From IMG/VR virus record IMGVR_UViG_3300027782_003801: 64,000 bases of DNA. One strand, given 5' to 3'. Under the pieces are notes generated by a model, which saw nothing but the letters and a program-made list of their open reading frames with translations, made no database searches and was not told where the DNA came from. Below, piece by piece: positions 29,968 to 40,529 of the stretch; the stretch's first letter is position 1; the number at the start of each line of letters is the position of its first letter. Both the position numbers and the translations under genes were made by a program. This DNA comes from an uncultured virus (IMG/VR IMGVR_UViG_3300027782_003801). Its lineage: Duplodnaviria > Heunggongvirae > Uroviricota > Caudoviricetes.

Positions 29968-30213
29968 ATGGCAAAGGCAACATTAGAATTTGATTTAAAT
30001 GATCACGACGATAAAATGGCACATTTAAGAGCAATTAAATCTCTTAATCTGGCAATGGCATTGTGGGAAATCACACACAACACAAAGAAAGGATTGGAAT
30101 GGTCGATGGAAGGAAAGGAAATGGATAAATATGATGCGTTAGAATTGGTATTTGATAAGATTTATGAAATATTAAATGAACATGACGTTTCTATTGATGA
30201 ATTAATGGATTAA
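29968..30213 (+). CDS. Hypothetical protein
   Basis: MAKATLEFDL-type phage ORF. Confidence 0.65.
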   Translation: MAKATLEFDLNDHDDKMAHLRAIKSLNLAMALWEITHNTKKGLEWSMEGKEMDKYDALELVFDKIYEILNEHDVSIDELMD

Positions 30214-30264
30214 ATTTGGAATTACAAATAAAAATATTTATATTTTAGAATAAAACAATACACC

Positions 30265-31335
30265 ATGTCGAGAATTAAAGACTTAAGAACTAATGAGGAT
30301 TACAACCTAAACATCGTTTCAATATTGGAAATGTTTAGTCCTGAAGGTAAATCAAAATATACGGAGACATTGCTTCGTATGATGAAGAATACACCATATC
30401 TAAAAGACCACTCCAAAGAAATTAAATTAGTATTGATTGATAAGTTTCCGTTCATTGAGAAGAGTAAATTGGATTTGATGAGCGACATCCAAATGATGTT
30501 GTTATATAAATTCATTGATGGATTCTTCAACATGGAAGATTTACAGAAGTATAGAAAATTTTGTGAATACAACGAAAGAAATTTAATTGAAGAAAATGAT
30601 TTAACAAAATATAAATCATTTGAACAACTAATTTCTGCTATGAGTGTTGCCGAAATGAAATCAGAAGAGAAAGACTTAGAAACACAAGTTATTAAAATAC
30701 ATGAAGATGGTGAGTGGTTATTGATTAGACCATTAACATTCAAATCATCTTGTAAGTATGGTGCAAATACTAAATGGTGTACAACTACAGAACATAATCA
30801 AGAATACTATAACAAATATGCGAAGAGAGGTGTATTAGTTTATTGCATCAATAAGAAGACCGGTTATAAAGTTGCCGCATTTTATTCATTAGATAAAAAC
30901 GAACCAGAATTTTCATACTGGAATCAAAAAGACACTCGTATTGATTCAACTGATTCTAATTTACCATTAGAATTAATTGGTTTTATTCGTGATTATGTTA
31001 AAGACCCAAAGGTTAAATCAAACACGGCAATGTTAAGTGGAGATCAAAAAAAGAAAGAATTGGTAAGTGGAAGAAAGGCTGCGATTAGTGATAGAGTTGC
31101 GTCAGCGGTAAGAAGAGCACAAGAGGAGATTGAAGTACCTGGACCAATGGAAGAATCTGTAATGGAACAACCTGAATTACCATTTTACGATGAGAGAGGT
31201 GACGAAACGGAGGTAGAAGATCCAACAATATCTTATCAATTTGATCAACCTGAAACCATAATAGACAGAATGCAATTATCATCATCAAATGAGAGAATGA
31301 ATCCATTCCCACGAAGTAGTTCAGAAACTGAATAA
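30265..31335 (+). CDS. Hypothetical phage protein with KYG..TKWC domain and acidic tail
   Basis: PLTFKSSCKYGANTKWCTT..YWNQKD. Confidence 0.65.
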   Translation: MSRIKDLRTNEDYNLNIVSILEMFSPEGKSKYTETLLRMMKNTPYLKDHSKEIKLVLIDKFPFIEKSKLDLMSDIQMMLLYKFIDGFFNMEDLQKYRKFCEYNERNLIEENDLTKYKSFEQLISAMSVAEMKSEEKDLETQVIKIHEDGEWLLIRPLTFKSSCKYGANTKWCTTTEHNQEYYNKYAKRGVLVYCINKKTGYKVAAFYSLDKNEPEFSYWNQKDTRIDSTDSNLPLELIGFIRDYVKDPKVKSNTAMLSGDQKKKELVSGRKAAISDRVASAVRRAQEEIEVPGPMEESVMEQPELPFYDERGDETEVEDPTISYQFDQPETIIDRMQLSSSNERMNPFPRSSSETE

Positions 31336-31336
31336 T

Positions 31337-31534
31337 ATGGATGCGGTTAAAATTGATAAATTACAACAGAAGTTAAAGAAACTCAAGGAAGATCTCCACT
31401 ATTGGGAAGTGGAGTTCCAACCTTCAGGTAATATGGGTAAATGGGGTAGAAGTGTTAGAATTACCACTTTAACAGGTAAAATAAAGAATGTTGAAGATAA
31501 GATAAGGGAAGAGTTAAAAAAGGGATATAAGTAG
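31337..31534 (+). CDS. Small coiled-coil protein
   Basis: ORF tiles the operon. Confidence 0.55.
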   Translation: MDAVKIDKLQQKLKKLKEDLHYWEVEFQPSGNMGKWGRSVRITTLTGKIKNVEDKIREELKKGYK

Positions 31535-31535
31535 A

Positions 31536-31543
31536 TATTTATA
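31536..31543 (+). promoter_or_regulatory. Putative phage late-promoter motif TATTTAT(A), representative copy
   Basis: Also at 20054, 23385, 25382, 28899, 40133, 40519, 41924, 53453 (+) and 11490, 49720, 58919 (-), each 4-21 nt before an ATG. Confidence 0.65.
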
Positions 31544-31547
31544 GGTT

Positions 31548-31781
31548 ATGAAGGTAATTTTAACCGAAGGTCAATATAACAAACTCATCTTGGAATTTTA
31601 CGATAGAGATAAACTATATAGTAGAGAACGTATTGTGAATAGTTTAAAATCTGCACCAAAATATATTAAACAATATATTAAAAAATTACCACATATAGAT
31701 GTGACTGATGACCAAGGTAATAAGAAGGTTTTAACTAAAATACCCGAAGTTCTTTACCAATATCTCCACGGAAATTTTTAA
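31548..31781 (+). CDS. Small putative virion-internal protein
   Basis: MKVILTEGQYNKLILE leader; TATTTATA upstream. Confidence 0.65.
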   Translation: MKVILTEGQYNKLILEFYDRDKLYSRERIVNSLKSAPKYIKQYIKKLPHIDVTDDQGNKKVLTKIPEVLYQYLHGNF

Positions 31782-31837
31782 ATATATTTGGAATATCCCA
31801 AATGTATTCTTATCTTTGAACTCTAAAATTAAAAAAT

Positions 31838-32212
31838 ATGAGTATCAGTCCTTATTCTTTTCCTGGTCTTAAACTTGACCAAAACGAAAAACAACAAATT
31901 AAAAATAACTCCAAATTGTTGAGGTATAAAATAACTAAAGAAGAGATTTTAGAAATTATCGCCGATGAGTGTGGAATAACTGTTGGTCAAATTTTGAATA
32001 AATCAAGAAAAAGAGAGGTTATAAATGGTCGTTTTATTTTTTGTGGAATTATGAATGATTATTTCAGTTACACATTGAAAAGAATTGGTGGTGTTGTCGG
32101 TAGAGATCACACAACTGTCATTCACGCAGTTAGAAAATTTAAAGATAGGATTCGCAACGAAGATGATTTTAGAGATTTAGTTAAGGGAGTTTATAACAAA
32201 ATAGGAATATAA
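31838..32212 (+). CDS. Stand-alone DnaA C-terminal (domain IV) DNA-binding protein
   Basis: ILNKSRKREVINGR..YTLKRIGGVVGRDHTTVIHAVRK. Confidence 0.88.
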   Translation: MSISPYSFPGLKLDQNEKQQIKNNSKLLRYKITKEEILEIIADECGITVGQILNKSRKREVINGRFIFCGIMNDYFSYTLKRIGGVVGRDHTTVIHAVRKFKDRIRNEDDFRDLVKGVYNKIGI

Positions 32213-32214
32213 TT

Positions 32215-32760
32215 ATGAAAACATTAATAATACATCCGGCAGACCCAAGCACAACTTTTTTGGATATTGTGTATACACCGATTAAAGACAAAACAATTGT
32301 TACAGGTGGAATAAGTAAATCCGAAGTACAACAATTAATTCGTGAACACGATAGAGTTATGATGATGGGTCACGGCAGTCCGGGTGGACTCTTCAATGTT
32401 GGTAAGTTCACAAACTGCGGAGCTTATATCATCGACCAACAAATGGTACCATTATTGAAAGAAAAAACGGATAATGTATTCATATGGTGTAATGCTGATA
32501 AGTTTGTTGATGTGTTTGGACTTAAAGGGTTTTATTCTGGGATGTTCATCAGCGAAGTCGGTGAGGCATATTATTGTGGATTACCGGGCACCGAACAAGA
32601 CCAAGTAGATGAATCAAATTATGGATTTTGTAATATCATTGCGAAGTATATTAATCAAGACAAAAATTTGATACATGAAAATGTAAAGAAAGAATATGGT
32701 ATGATTGCCGAAAACAATCCTGTGGCATTTTATAACAATAATAGATTATATAAATCTTAA
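32215..32760 (+). CDS. Hypothetical protein, possible caspase/gingipain-like His-Cys dyad
   Basis: VMMMGHGS ... VFIWCNA. Confidence 0.5.
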   Translation: MKTLIIHPADPSTTFLDIVYTPIKDKTIVTGGISKSEVQQLIREHDRVMMMGHGSPGGLFNVGKFTNCGAYIIDQQMVPLLKEKTDNVFIWCNADKFVDVFGLKGFYSGMFISEVGEAYYCGLPGTEQDQVDESNYGFCNIIAKYINQDKNLIHENVKKEYGMIAENNPVAFYNNNRLYKS

Positions 32761-32764
32761 TAAT

Positions 32765-32995
32765 ATGAATAGATACAATTGTTTAATAATATTACCTCAA
32801 GGTACTAAAGATATTACTATTGAAGCTGAAAGCGCACATCCCGATTCAACATGTGCCACAAGATTCCATAAAAAAGTTAAAATGATTGGTGATTATGGTT
32901 CACCTGAAACAAGTTATGAATTAGTTTGCCAATACCCAACAGATAAATTTATCATCGAATCGGTTGATTATAATATAGAAAAAAATGGATTATAG
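32765..32995 (+). CDS. Hypothetical protein
   Basis: ATG after previous stop. Confidence 0.6.
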   Translation: MNRYNCLIILPQGTKDITIEAESAHPDSTCATRFHKKVKMIGDYGSPETSYELVCQYPTDKFIIESVDYNIEKNGL

Positions 32996-33332
32996 TAAAA
33001 TAATATTGGGAATAATATTCGGAGCGTTAGGTCAAATGGGTACATTCATGCAATTACAAGGAGCATACAAATATGGTTGGTATGAAAGATACTATTGGAT
33101 TATTATATTTGCTAGCGTACCATTAGGTTGGTTATACATTAAATCTGTTAATTATTTTATTGAGGGGTTTGGTGGTCAAATATGGCCGAGCCGTCTCGTT
33201 GGATTTGGTGTTGGAGTAATTATTTTCACAATTATGACTATATATCTCTTTAAGGAACCATTAGATATGAAAAATGGTATATGTTTATTTCTTGGATTTT
33301 GTATAATTTTAGTACAATTATTGGTAAAATAA
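32985..33332 (+). CDS. 4-TM SMR/DMT-like membrane protein
   Basis: Four hydrophobic helices; FKEP..GICL. Confidence 0.6.
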   Translation: MDYSKIILGIIFGALGQMGTFMQLQGAYKYGWYERYYWIIIFASVPLGWLYIKSVNYFIEGFGGQIWPSRLVGFGVGVIIFTIMTIYLFKEPLDMKNGICLFLGFCIILVQLLVK

Positions 33333-33372
33333 TTTTTGTGATATACTAGATTATACTTATCTTTGTAATCAT

Positions 33373-34719
33373 ATGAAATATCCTTATTATCTTTTATTTT
33401 TATTTCTTTTTTCCTGTAAAAAAGAGGTTATTACAACCTTGCCGGTTGATAAAACTATTGAAGAATCACTCAGTGGATTTAAAGTAAACCCAAATGCTAA
33501 GTCAATAGGAAAGGATTATTGGGAAAACACTGGAGTCCCTATCGATTTAATTGGAATCAAATATCTAATTTCTCCAAGAGGATTTCAAAGTGTTGGGTCG
33601 TCAATGACTGCTGTGTGTGGTGATTTCAACAACGATGGATGGATAGATGTTTTTCAACCTGGAATGGCACATGATGGAGTAACTAATGTGTCTACTTCAT
33701 TTTTAATTTGGAACCCAATTACTAAAATTTTTGAAAACAAAAACTTATTCAGTAACAATCAAATAGATTTACCAAGAACTAATCCACCAAAAGTTATTCC
33801 AACTTATTTAAATGAAGACAATTATGTTGACTTAATTATATTTGGTTACTACGATGAAGGAAAATCAGAAAATCCACCAGCTAAAATGATGTTGGCGATT
33901 AGTGACGGAAAAGGTGGTTACGAGTTAAAAGAGATAACAACAGAAACACCAACTTACTATCATTATGGTGGAGATTTAGGGGATTTAAATGGTGACAACA
34001 TTACAGATTTAGTTCTAAATTGTGGTGGACTAATGAAAATATTATGGGGTTCTAAATCCTTTCCTTATTTTGACGAATCAAATTCAATTACATTTTCAAA
34101 TTCCCAAAACAGGCTACAATGGAATGGTGTCGATTTTAATTATGGTAATAATAATGGATTCGGAGACCCAAATGTGAGTTCTATTGTTTGGCAATTTGTA
34201 CATAATTGTAAAATTAATGATGTAAATAAAGATGGTAAGAACGATATTATTTTATGTTCTTACGATGATTTAAATAATAGTAATAAAGTGTTAATAAATT
34301 TAGGAGGAGGAAGATTTAATACTCTGAGTATCATCAATTTACCACCTTATGGTATAGGGACATTACCGTACAATGTTAATATAGATTATGTAGTTGACGA
34401 TATTAATGGTGATGGTAATAAAGACATTATATCACTCAATGAAACTGACTACAAAACGTGGGACATTTTCATTTACTTAAATAAAGGTGATGGAACCTAT
34501 AAAGTAGATAAATCAATAATTCAGTATAATATAAACAGTACAAGACATGGTAATTGGAAACATCGTCTAATTTATTTCGATTACGACGGAGATGGGAAAA
34601 AAGACATTTCATATATTGATGATGCGGACAATGGAGAATCAAAGTATAAGTCAGTTTTCATAAGGACTGGTAATCAATTTATAGAAACGGACTATTATAA
34701 ATTCACTTCAAAATATTAA
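33373..34719 (+). CDS. FG-GAP/VCBS-repeat lipoprotein
   Basis: Lipobox LFSC-KKE; repeats GDFNNDGWID, DLNGDNITD, DVNKDGKND, DINGDGNKD, DYDGDGKKD. Confidence 0.85.
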   Translation: MKYPYYLLFLFLFSCKKEVITTLPVDKTIEESLSGFKVNPNAKSIGKDYWENTGVPIDLIGIKYLISPRGFQSVGSSMTAVCGDFNNDGWIDVFQPGMAHDGVTNVSTSFLIWNPITKIFENKNLFSNNQIDLPRTNPPKVIPTYLNEDNYVDLIIFGYYDEGKSENPPAKMMLAISDGKGGYELKEITTETPTYYHYGGDLGDLNGDNITDLVLNCGGLMKILWGSKSFPYFDESNSITFSNSQNRLQWNGVDFNYGNNNGFGDPNVSSIVWQFVHNCKINDVNKDGKNDIILCSYDDLNNSNKVLINLGGGRFNTLSIINLPPYGIGTLPYNVNIDYVVDDINGDGNKDIISLNETDYKTWDIFIYLNKGDGTYKVDKSIIQYNINSTRHGNWKHRLIYFDYDGDGKKDISYIDDADNGESKYKSVFIRTGNQFIETDYYKFTSKY

Positions 34720-34743
34720 ATAAATTTCATATAATTATATAAT

Positions 34744-35838
34744 ATGGATGATGATTTATTAGTAATATCACAGTATGATTTAGTACCGTTAAATTTTAAA
34801 ATAGGTGTTGATGATTTTTTAGTTACCTTTTTAGAATATTTTAAAGAAATTAAATCTAAAAAAGTTTTAATATGGTATCCTGGTGAATTTATACCTGAAC
34901 CTTTCATATATTATAATCCACCTATTGGAAATTGTAAAGAGTTTTTTATTGAATTGGAAAACCTTTTAGTTAAAAATGATGTTTTTATTTATGGTGTATT
35001 TGGTGGATTTTTTAGTGAAGAAATTGATTATTTAACTAAATTCCCAATTAAAAACGTGAGTATTTTATATTGGCCAACATTTCTTTTACATTATTCTATG
35101 TATGGTATGGAAAAATCATATCAAAAATTAATAAATGACATATCGGTCGACACTAACTTCGATAAACTTTTTTTATGTTTGAATAGAAAACCTAGAACAC
35201 ATAGAGTTATGTTAGTTGATTTTTTAAATAAATATAATTTATTTAACGATGGGATAATTAGTTGGAACATATTAACAGGTGATTGGGGTGAGGATTATAA
35301 ATTTATGTATTGGGAAGAAGAATTAAAAATAATTGATGATGGTAATCGACACGGAGACGAACCGGTATATTTTACTGATGAATTATTAAAATATAAATGT
35401 TTAATTAATATATCTTGTGAAACTTTATCAGGTAATAATGGTCACCATTTTATTACTGAAAAAACATATAAAAATTTATTGATTGGACAACCTTATGTTT
35501 CTTTAGGATGTCAATATGCTAATAAGGTATTAACAAACTTTGGATTTGAATTATATGATGAAATAATTGACTATTCGTTTGATGACGAGGTAAATCTAAT
35601 AGATAGAGCTGAGGGGTTGGTTAAGAGTATGATGAAAATATCTAATAGAGATTATAATGAAATGTATGATATCATTAAAGAGAAAGTTGAAAGAAATAGA
35701 AAAAGAGCAATTACCATTTGTGAAAATGATTCATATATACCTAATGAATTTGTTGAGTTGTATAAAAATTATACAGATAAATTTAAACCAACACTTCATG
35801 TACCATATTATCTTTCACAAATAATGAAAAATAAATAA
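34744..35838 (+). CDS. Putative glycosyltransferase-related protein
   Basis: CLNRKPRTHR, ISCET, FITEKTYK..GQPY, GFELYDEIIDYSFD. Confidence 0.55.
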   Translation: MDDDLLVISQYDLVPLNFKIGVDDFLVTFLEYFKEIKSKKVLIWYPGEFIPEPFIYYNPPIGNCKEFFIELENLLVKNDVFIYGVFGGFFSEEIDYLTKFPIKNVSILYWPTFLLHYSMYGMEKSYQKLINDISVDTNFDKLFLCLNRKPRTHRVMLVDFLNKYNLFNDGIISWNILTGDWGEDYKFMYWEEELKIIDDGNRHGDEPVYFTDELLKYKCLINISCETLSGNNGHHFITEKTYKNLLIGQPYVSLGCQYANKVLTNFGFELYDEIIDYSFDDEVNLIDRAEGLVKSMMKISNRDYNEMYDIIKEKVERNRKRAITICENDSYIPNEFVELYKNYTDKFKPTLHVPYYLSQIMKNK

Positions 35839-35840
35839 GA

Positions 35841-36737
35841 ATGAAAATAATATGTGATGGAGATTCGTGGATGTTTGGGTCCGAAATCGTTGACCCAATC
35901 ATAAGTTCAAGATATAGTAAAGATATTCATCCAGGCGAATACGATTGGATTCCTGAAAACGATGAATATAGAATACCTAAAATATTTCCAACAATATTAT
36001 CAAATTTAATGGATTGTGAACTTGTTAATTTATCTTGGCCAGCCAATGATAACGGAACTATTTTAAATAGAACAATTTCATACATAACTGAAAATTATTT
36101 AAGTAAAAATAAATCAGTTGATGATTTATTTGTGATAATTGGGTGGTCATCACCGGAACGAAATTCATTTTGGTATAAGGATGAAAAAATAAGTGATAAA
36201 TTTGTTCTTTGGCCAAATGTAAAAAATCTATTAGTTCCTAATATGGAAGAATTTTGGGAAATATATGTAACGTATTTGTGGAATAAAGAAGAGTTTTTAC
36301 CAAGATTTGTTAATAATGTTTTATCGTTACAAAATTTTTGCGAGGTTAATAAAATAAAATGGTTATGTTTTAATTCATTTTACCAAACACCTAAAAATGA
36401 AATATCACGTTGGAATGATTTAAATATTAAAAAAGAACTAAATCAAATATCATTAAATGGTAATGACTATTATGATAATAAAAGTAACAATAGAAAAAAT
36501 TTTAAATATGATTATCTTTCTATATGGGACACTATAGATAATGTTAGGTTTTATAAAAAAGACCAATTAAATAATAGTTTTAAAAGCTTTATGGTTGAGA
36601 ACAACCCTGATAATCCATATAATGGTTGGCATCCATCACCTGAATCACACAAAATATGGGCCGAGGAAATATTTAGGTATATAAACGACAATAATTTAAC
36701 AAATGAAAAATCTGGTAATTTGCGGAGATTCCTTTAG
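35841..36737 (+). CDS. SGNH/GDSL-like protein
   Basis: DGDSW, IGWSSPER, HPSPESH. Confidence 0.7.
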   Translation: MKIICDGDSWMFGSEIVDPIISSRYSKDIHPGEYDWIPENDEYRIPKIFPTILSNLMDCELVNLSWPANDNGTILNRTISYITENYLSKNKSVDDLFVIIGWSSPERNSFWYKDEKISDKFVLWPNVKNLLVPNMEEFWEIYVTYLWNKEEFLPRFVNNVLSLQNFCEVNKIKWLCFNSFYQTPKNEISRWNDLNIKKELNQISLNGNDYYDNKSNNRKNFKYDYLSIWDTIDNVRFYKKDQLNNSFKSFMVENNPDNPYNGWHPSPESHKIWAEEIFRYINDNNLTNEKSGNLRRFL

Positions 36738-37494
36738 TATTGGAATTGGATGTGAAGATTTAATTAATGAACCATATGGATCACTTCTTGCAAAAGAATT
36801 TAATTTAAATTTAATTAATTTAGCGAAAGGTTCTAGCACTAATTTATCAATTTCATTACAGGTTAAATATGCAATTGAGAATATAAAAGACATTGAATTA
36901 TTAATAATTGGTACAACTTCTTATTATAGATTTGAGTGGTTTCCTGAAAACGCAAAAAATAAAAACCAACTCAACAATTTAAATGTTAATTATCATGAAT
37001 ATCCACCATATGGTCAAGGAACTTATGAACATCTAATTGATAATCCAATGATAACTGATAACAGATATTGTGGGGAAATGTTAACGGAAAATTGGGTCGG
37101 TATATTAGACTACAATAAAATGTTAGATAATAATGACGGACACCCAGAACATTACTTCAAAAAATTTAAAACTGAAAGAATCGAAAGAATAAGGTTACTA
37201 AGAGATTATTTTTATGAATTTTTTAATAGTTCAATACAAAGACATTATGATATTGGAACAATAACAATGTCACATAATTTATTGAAAAATAATAACATAA
37301 AACATTATATATTAAGTGACGATTTGGAATTAAAAATGTATGTGGATAAAAAAAATATAATACACAATGATTGGGACGTATTATCAAAAAAACATCCAGA
37401 CCCAATGAAAAGTTTACACACCTCATATGAAGGACATAAAATTGTATTTAATATCATAAAAGATGTTTTAAATAACCCAAATAAAATTATATGA
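36703..37494 (+). CDS. SGNH/GDSL-like protein
   Basis: CGDSF, NLAKGSSTN, HTSYEGH. Confidence 0.7.
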   Translation: MKNLVICGDSFSIGIGCEDLINEPYGSLLAKEFNLNLINLAKGSSTNLSISLQVKYAIENIKDIELLIIGTTSYYRFEWFPENAKNKNQLNNLNVNYHEYPPYGQGTYEHLIDNPMITDNRYCGEMLTENWVGILDYNKMLDNNDGHPEHYFKKFKTERIERIRLLRDYFYEFFNSSIQRHYDIGTITMSHNLLKNNNIKHYILSDDLELKMYVDKKNIIHNDWDVLSKKHPDPMKSLHTSYEGHKIVFNIIKDVLNNPNKII

Positions 37495-38921
37495 AAGTAG
37501 GTGTAATGGTATATGGACAATATCGAGATTTTGAGATTGCAGTGAAATCATGGAACTTTTTAGATAGTGGATATGATTTTTATTTCTCAACATGGAATAA
37601 TTCAAAACAGTATAGTAGAAAATTAAATATCGATAGAGAATTTGAAGTTAATGAGGATATGATTAGAAAACATGTTCCCAATTCTACAATATCAATTTTA
37701 GATGAATTAAAATATGTTGAAAATACAATTGATGGTGAAAACAGACCAAATAAAATGATACATCATTGGAGAAATTGTTTAAAATTGATTCAAGATAGTG
37801 GTAAAAAATATGACAGAATATTAATAATTAGAATTGATAGTTATTTTCATTTTAATATACCATTGAATGAAATAATTAATAACTCCAAAAATGAAACATT
37901 ATATCTCTATAATGATTTAATTATCGATAATGGAAAAGTTTGGTCACAAGATTTGTTTTTTATGGGAGACCAAGATTTAATTTTTGATTTTATTAAAAAA
38001 ACACCAAATAAAATAAAAGACATTCATTTTGATTTGGGTGAAACTATAATAAATAACAAATACAATATTGATTTTGTCGAACCAAAAATTAGAATATGTC
38101 CAGCCACACCTACACTTAATTCATATGACATAAAAGAAGTGACATATATTTTAGCAAATGTAGAATGGATAAATTGGATAAAAAATGGAAAAGATTATGG
38201 AAAAAGAAATCAATATAAAATTGCGGTGTTGGTTTGCGGACAACTTAGGGAGTTTAATATTGGTGTCAAATCTTGGGACCCTCTATTTGATTTAAATTGT
38301 GATTTTTACTTTTCAACTTGGAATAAATCATCACAAAGTAATACTAAGTGGAATGATAATTTTATTAATGACGAAAAAATAATCAACGAACAAATGATAG
38401 TTGACCTTATCCCTAAAAGTTCAGTGTTAATATTAGATGAGGAAGATTACGCACACATTAATAAAGACAAAATTACGGACAAACAAATTTTACATTGGAA
38501 AAATACATTAAAAATGTGTGTTAATAGCGGCGTGGAATATGATATTATCATTGTCATCAGACCCGACGTATTTTTAGATTTACCTAATTTTAAAAAATAC
38601 GTAGATGACATAAAAGACAAAGAAATAAAAACTATGAATAACACCCCACCAAATTGGTTTTATGATATATTTTTTATGGGTAATTTTAACACAATTAAAA
38701 CTTTTATTGAAGGTATAAAAGAATCTGAAATTACTTATGTTCATGAAGATTTATATAAACATTTGATTTCTTTAGGATTATCATTAACTTTTTTTGATAA
38801 TGAGATGAAATCAGTTGAGATAAGACCAACCGAAAATGGATTTTTTGAAAAAAACATAGATTACGATACAATTGTAAAATCAAATAATGATTTTATATTA
38901 AAATATGGTAAACCAAATTAA
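37491..38921 (+). CDS. Tandem two-domain glycosyltransferase-like protein
   Basis: Internal duplication K(V/I)xVxxxGQxRxF..DFYFSTWN..HW.N.L..R.D..D.FFMG. Confidence 0.6.
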   Translation: MKVGVMVYGQYRDFEIAVKSWNFLDSGYDFYFSTWNNSKQYSRKLNIDREFEVNEDMIRKHVPNSTISILDELKYVENTIDGENRPNKMIHHWRNCLKLIQDSGKKYDRILIIRIDSYFHFNIPLNEIINNSKNETLYLYNDLIIDNGKVWSQDLFFMGDQDLIFDFIKKTPNKIKDIHFDLGETIINNKYNIDFVEPKIRICPATPTLNSYDIKEVTYILANVEWINWIKNGKDYGKRNQYKIAVLVCGQLREFNIGVKSWDPLFDLNCDFYFSTWNKSSQSNTKWNDNFINDEKIINEQMIVDLIPKSSVLILDEEDYAHINKDKITDKQILHWKNTLKMCVNSGVEYDIIIVIRPDVFLDLPNFKKYVDDIKDKEIKTMNNTPPNWFYDIFFMGNFNTIKTFIEGIKESEITYVHEDLYKHLISLGLSLTFFDNEMKSVEIRPTENGFFEKNIDYDTIVKSNNDFILKYGKPN

Positions 38922-38982
38922 TTATATTTGACATATTCAATAAAAATTCATATATTAGTCATATATATTAGAAAGGACTAAC

Positions 38983-39375
38983 ATGAAAAGATTTGTATTT
39001 TTCCACGGGTACCAAGAAGAACATCCATTATTGGATATTGATTGGGACGCAATCAACAGATTGAATAATATCAATACTATTCTTACTCCAAATTGGGGCG
39101 GAATAACATACACCCCAACATGGGTGGTAAATCCAGGACTAATAACCTATACACCACCAAATTATACTATAACCACAACACCCGGCACTAGTACGTACAC
39201 AATTCCATACTATGGAACGATAAACACAGCAACAGGATATAGTTTAACAACATCAAACACAAACGGAACAACATATACAACAACAGGAACAGTTACAACA
39301 GGAGGAATAGGAGGTACTTTAACAACTGGTACTGCAACATTTAGAAGTGGAGCATTTACCTCAAAATTTATGTAA
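38983..39375 (+). CDS. FxFF-tag protein, Thr/Gly/Tyr-rich
   Basis: MKRFVFFHGY; low-complexity Thr-rich body. Confidence 0.65.
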   Translation: MKRFVFFHGYQEEHPLLDIDWDAINRLNNINTILTPNWGGITYTPTWVVNPGLITYTPPNYTITTTPGTSTYTIPYYGTINTATGYSLTTSNTNGTTYTTTGTVTTGGIGGTLTTGTATFRSGAFTSKFM

Positions 39376-39815
39376 TGACTAAATTCAAGTTTTTCAGGGG
39401 GTATATTGGAACGTTAGATATAATGGACGGACAAACATATGCGACAGCATCATTATATTACCCAAGATTAGATTCCAATAATGAAATGGAAAGATGGTTT
39501 GCCGAACGTGATTTACAAACTATAACTCATGAACAATACATGTTGAATAGAGACATGTTAATTGAACAAGAAAGAATAAGAAGATTAGGAATGATAAATC
39601 ATTCAAGGGAAACTGATAATCAAATTAGATTGTTTCAAGCAACGACAATAATAACGGTTAACCCAACACCATGGACCAAGGTTAAGATATTTGGGACAAG
39701 AGTTAAATTGGTTTTAATTGAAACTTGGAAGTTGGAACCTATCGGTGTTGTTGTAATGACATTATTGGTATCAGTTGTTACATTCATAGGTATAATGAAA
39801 TTATTTGGAGCATGA
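39375..39815 (+). CDS. FxFF-tag protein with C-terminal TM helix
   Basis: MTKFKFFRGY. Confidence 0.65.
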   Translation: MTKFKFFRGYIGTLDIMDGQTYATASLYYPRLDSNNEMERWFAERDLQTITHEQYMLNRDMLIEQERIRRLGMINHSRETDNQIRLFQATTIITVNPTPWTKVKIFGTRVKLVLIETWKLEPIGVVVMTLLVSVVTFIGIMKLFGA

Positions 39816-40132
39816 TAAAGGATTTCAAATTTCTAACAGATAATGATGATGATATACCAGAAGGATATATCAATTTAGAGAATGTGGAGATTGCAACTTG
39901 GATGTGGGAAAGTTTAATGGTTCCGTCAACGGCGACGTATCAGATAGTTTCGGTAGACACTAACGGTATTATTGAATTTTTAAGAATGTTTCCGTCAGAG
40001 ATGATAGTTCCCGTGAGTTCTATTGTTGGTCCAAATGGTGTGGTTCACAATGGCGAAAACGAAGGAATTGGGTGGGGATTTAACATTCAAACAGACCCAA
40101 TTCATATTACATATTTAAGATACAGACCATAA
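39812..40132 (+). CDS. FKFL-tag protein
   Basis: ATGA-coupled start MIKDFKFLTD. Confidence 0.65.
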   Translation: MIKDFKFLTDNDDDIPEGYINLENVEIATWMWESLMVPSTATYQIVSVDTNGIIEFLRMFPSEMIVPVSSIVGPNGVVHNGENEGIGWGFNIQTDPIHITYLRYRP

Positions 40133-40151
40133 TATTTATAAATAAACGACT

Positions 40152-40274
40152 ATGTCATCAAAATTTTTCAACAATTCACAACAACCTAAGGCAGCTAAAG
40201 GAGATAAGAAACCTATTCCCACAAAACCTATTAAGAACAATACCCAAATCAAAAAGACAGGGAGAGGAAATTAA
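40152..40274 (+). CDS. 40-aa basic protein
   Basis: Manual translation MSSKFFNNSQQPK...KKTGRGN*; TATTTATA upstream. Confidence 0.6.
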   Translation: MSSKFFNNSQQPKAAKGDKKPIPTKPIKNNTQIKKTGRGN

Positions 40275-40310
40275 ATTTGGTATATACGAATATTGTTGTA
40301 TATTTGCTTT

Positions 40311-40484
40311 ATGAAAGTAAAAATAACAATTAAATACCACATAGAGGTTGGTAATGAGGTCATTGAGTGTGAATCACTTGAACAGGCTGAACGTAAAATG
40401 AAACATATGTCAGATGTTGATAGGTTCCTAATTAAGACGGAACTAAAAGGTGATGAAGTATTAAATCAATATTTGTTAGGGTAA
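40311..40484 (+). CDS. Hypothetical protein
   Basis: Start after TATATTTG promoter. Confidence 0.6.
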   Translation: MKVKITIKYHIEVGNEVIECESLEQAERKMKHMSDVDRFLIKTELKGDEVLNQYLLG

Positions 40485-40529
40485 CAATTTCTTAACATAT
40501 ACCCAAGGCAACTTTTTCTATTTATGTAG

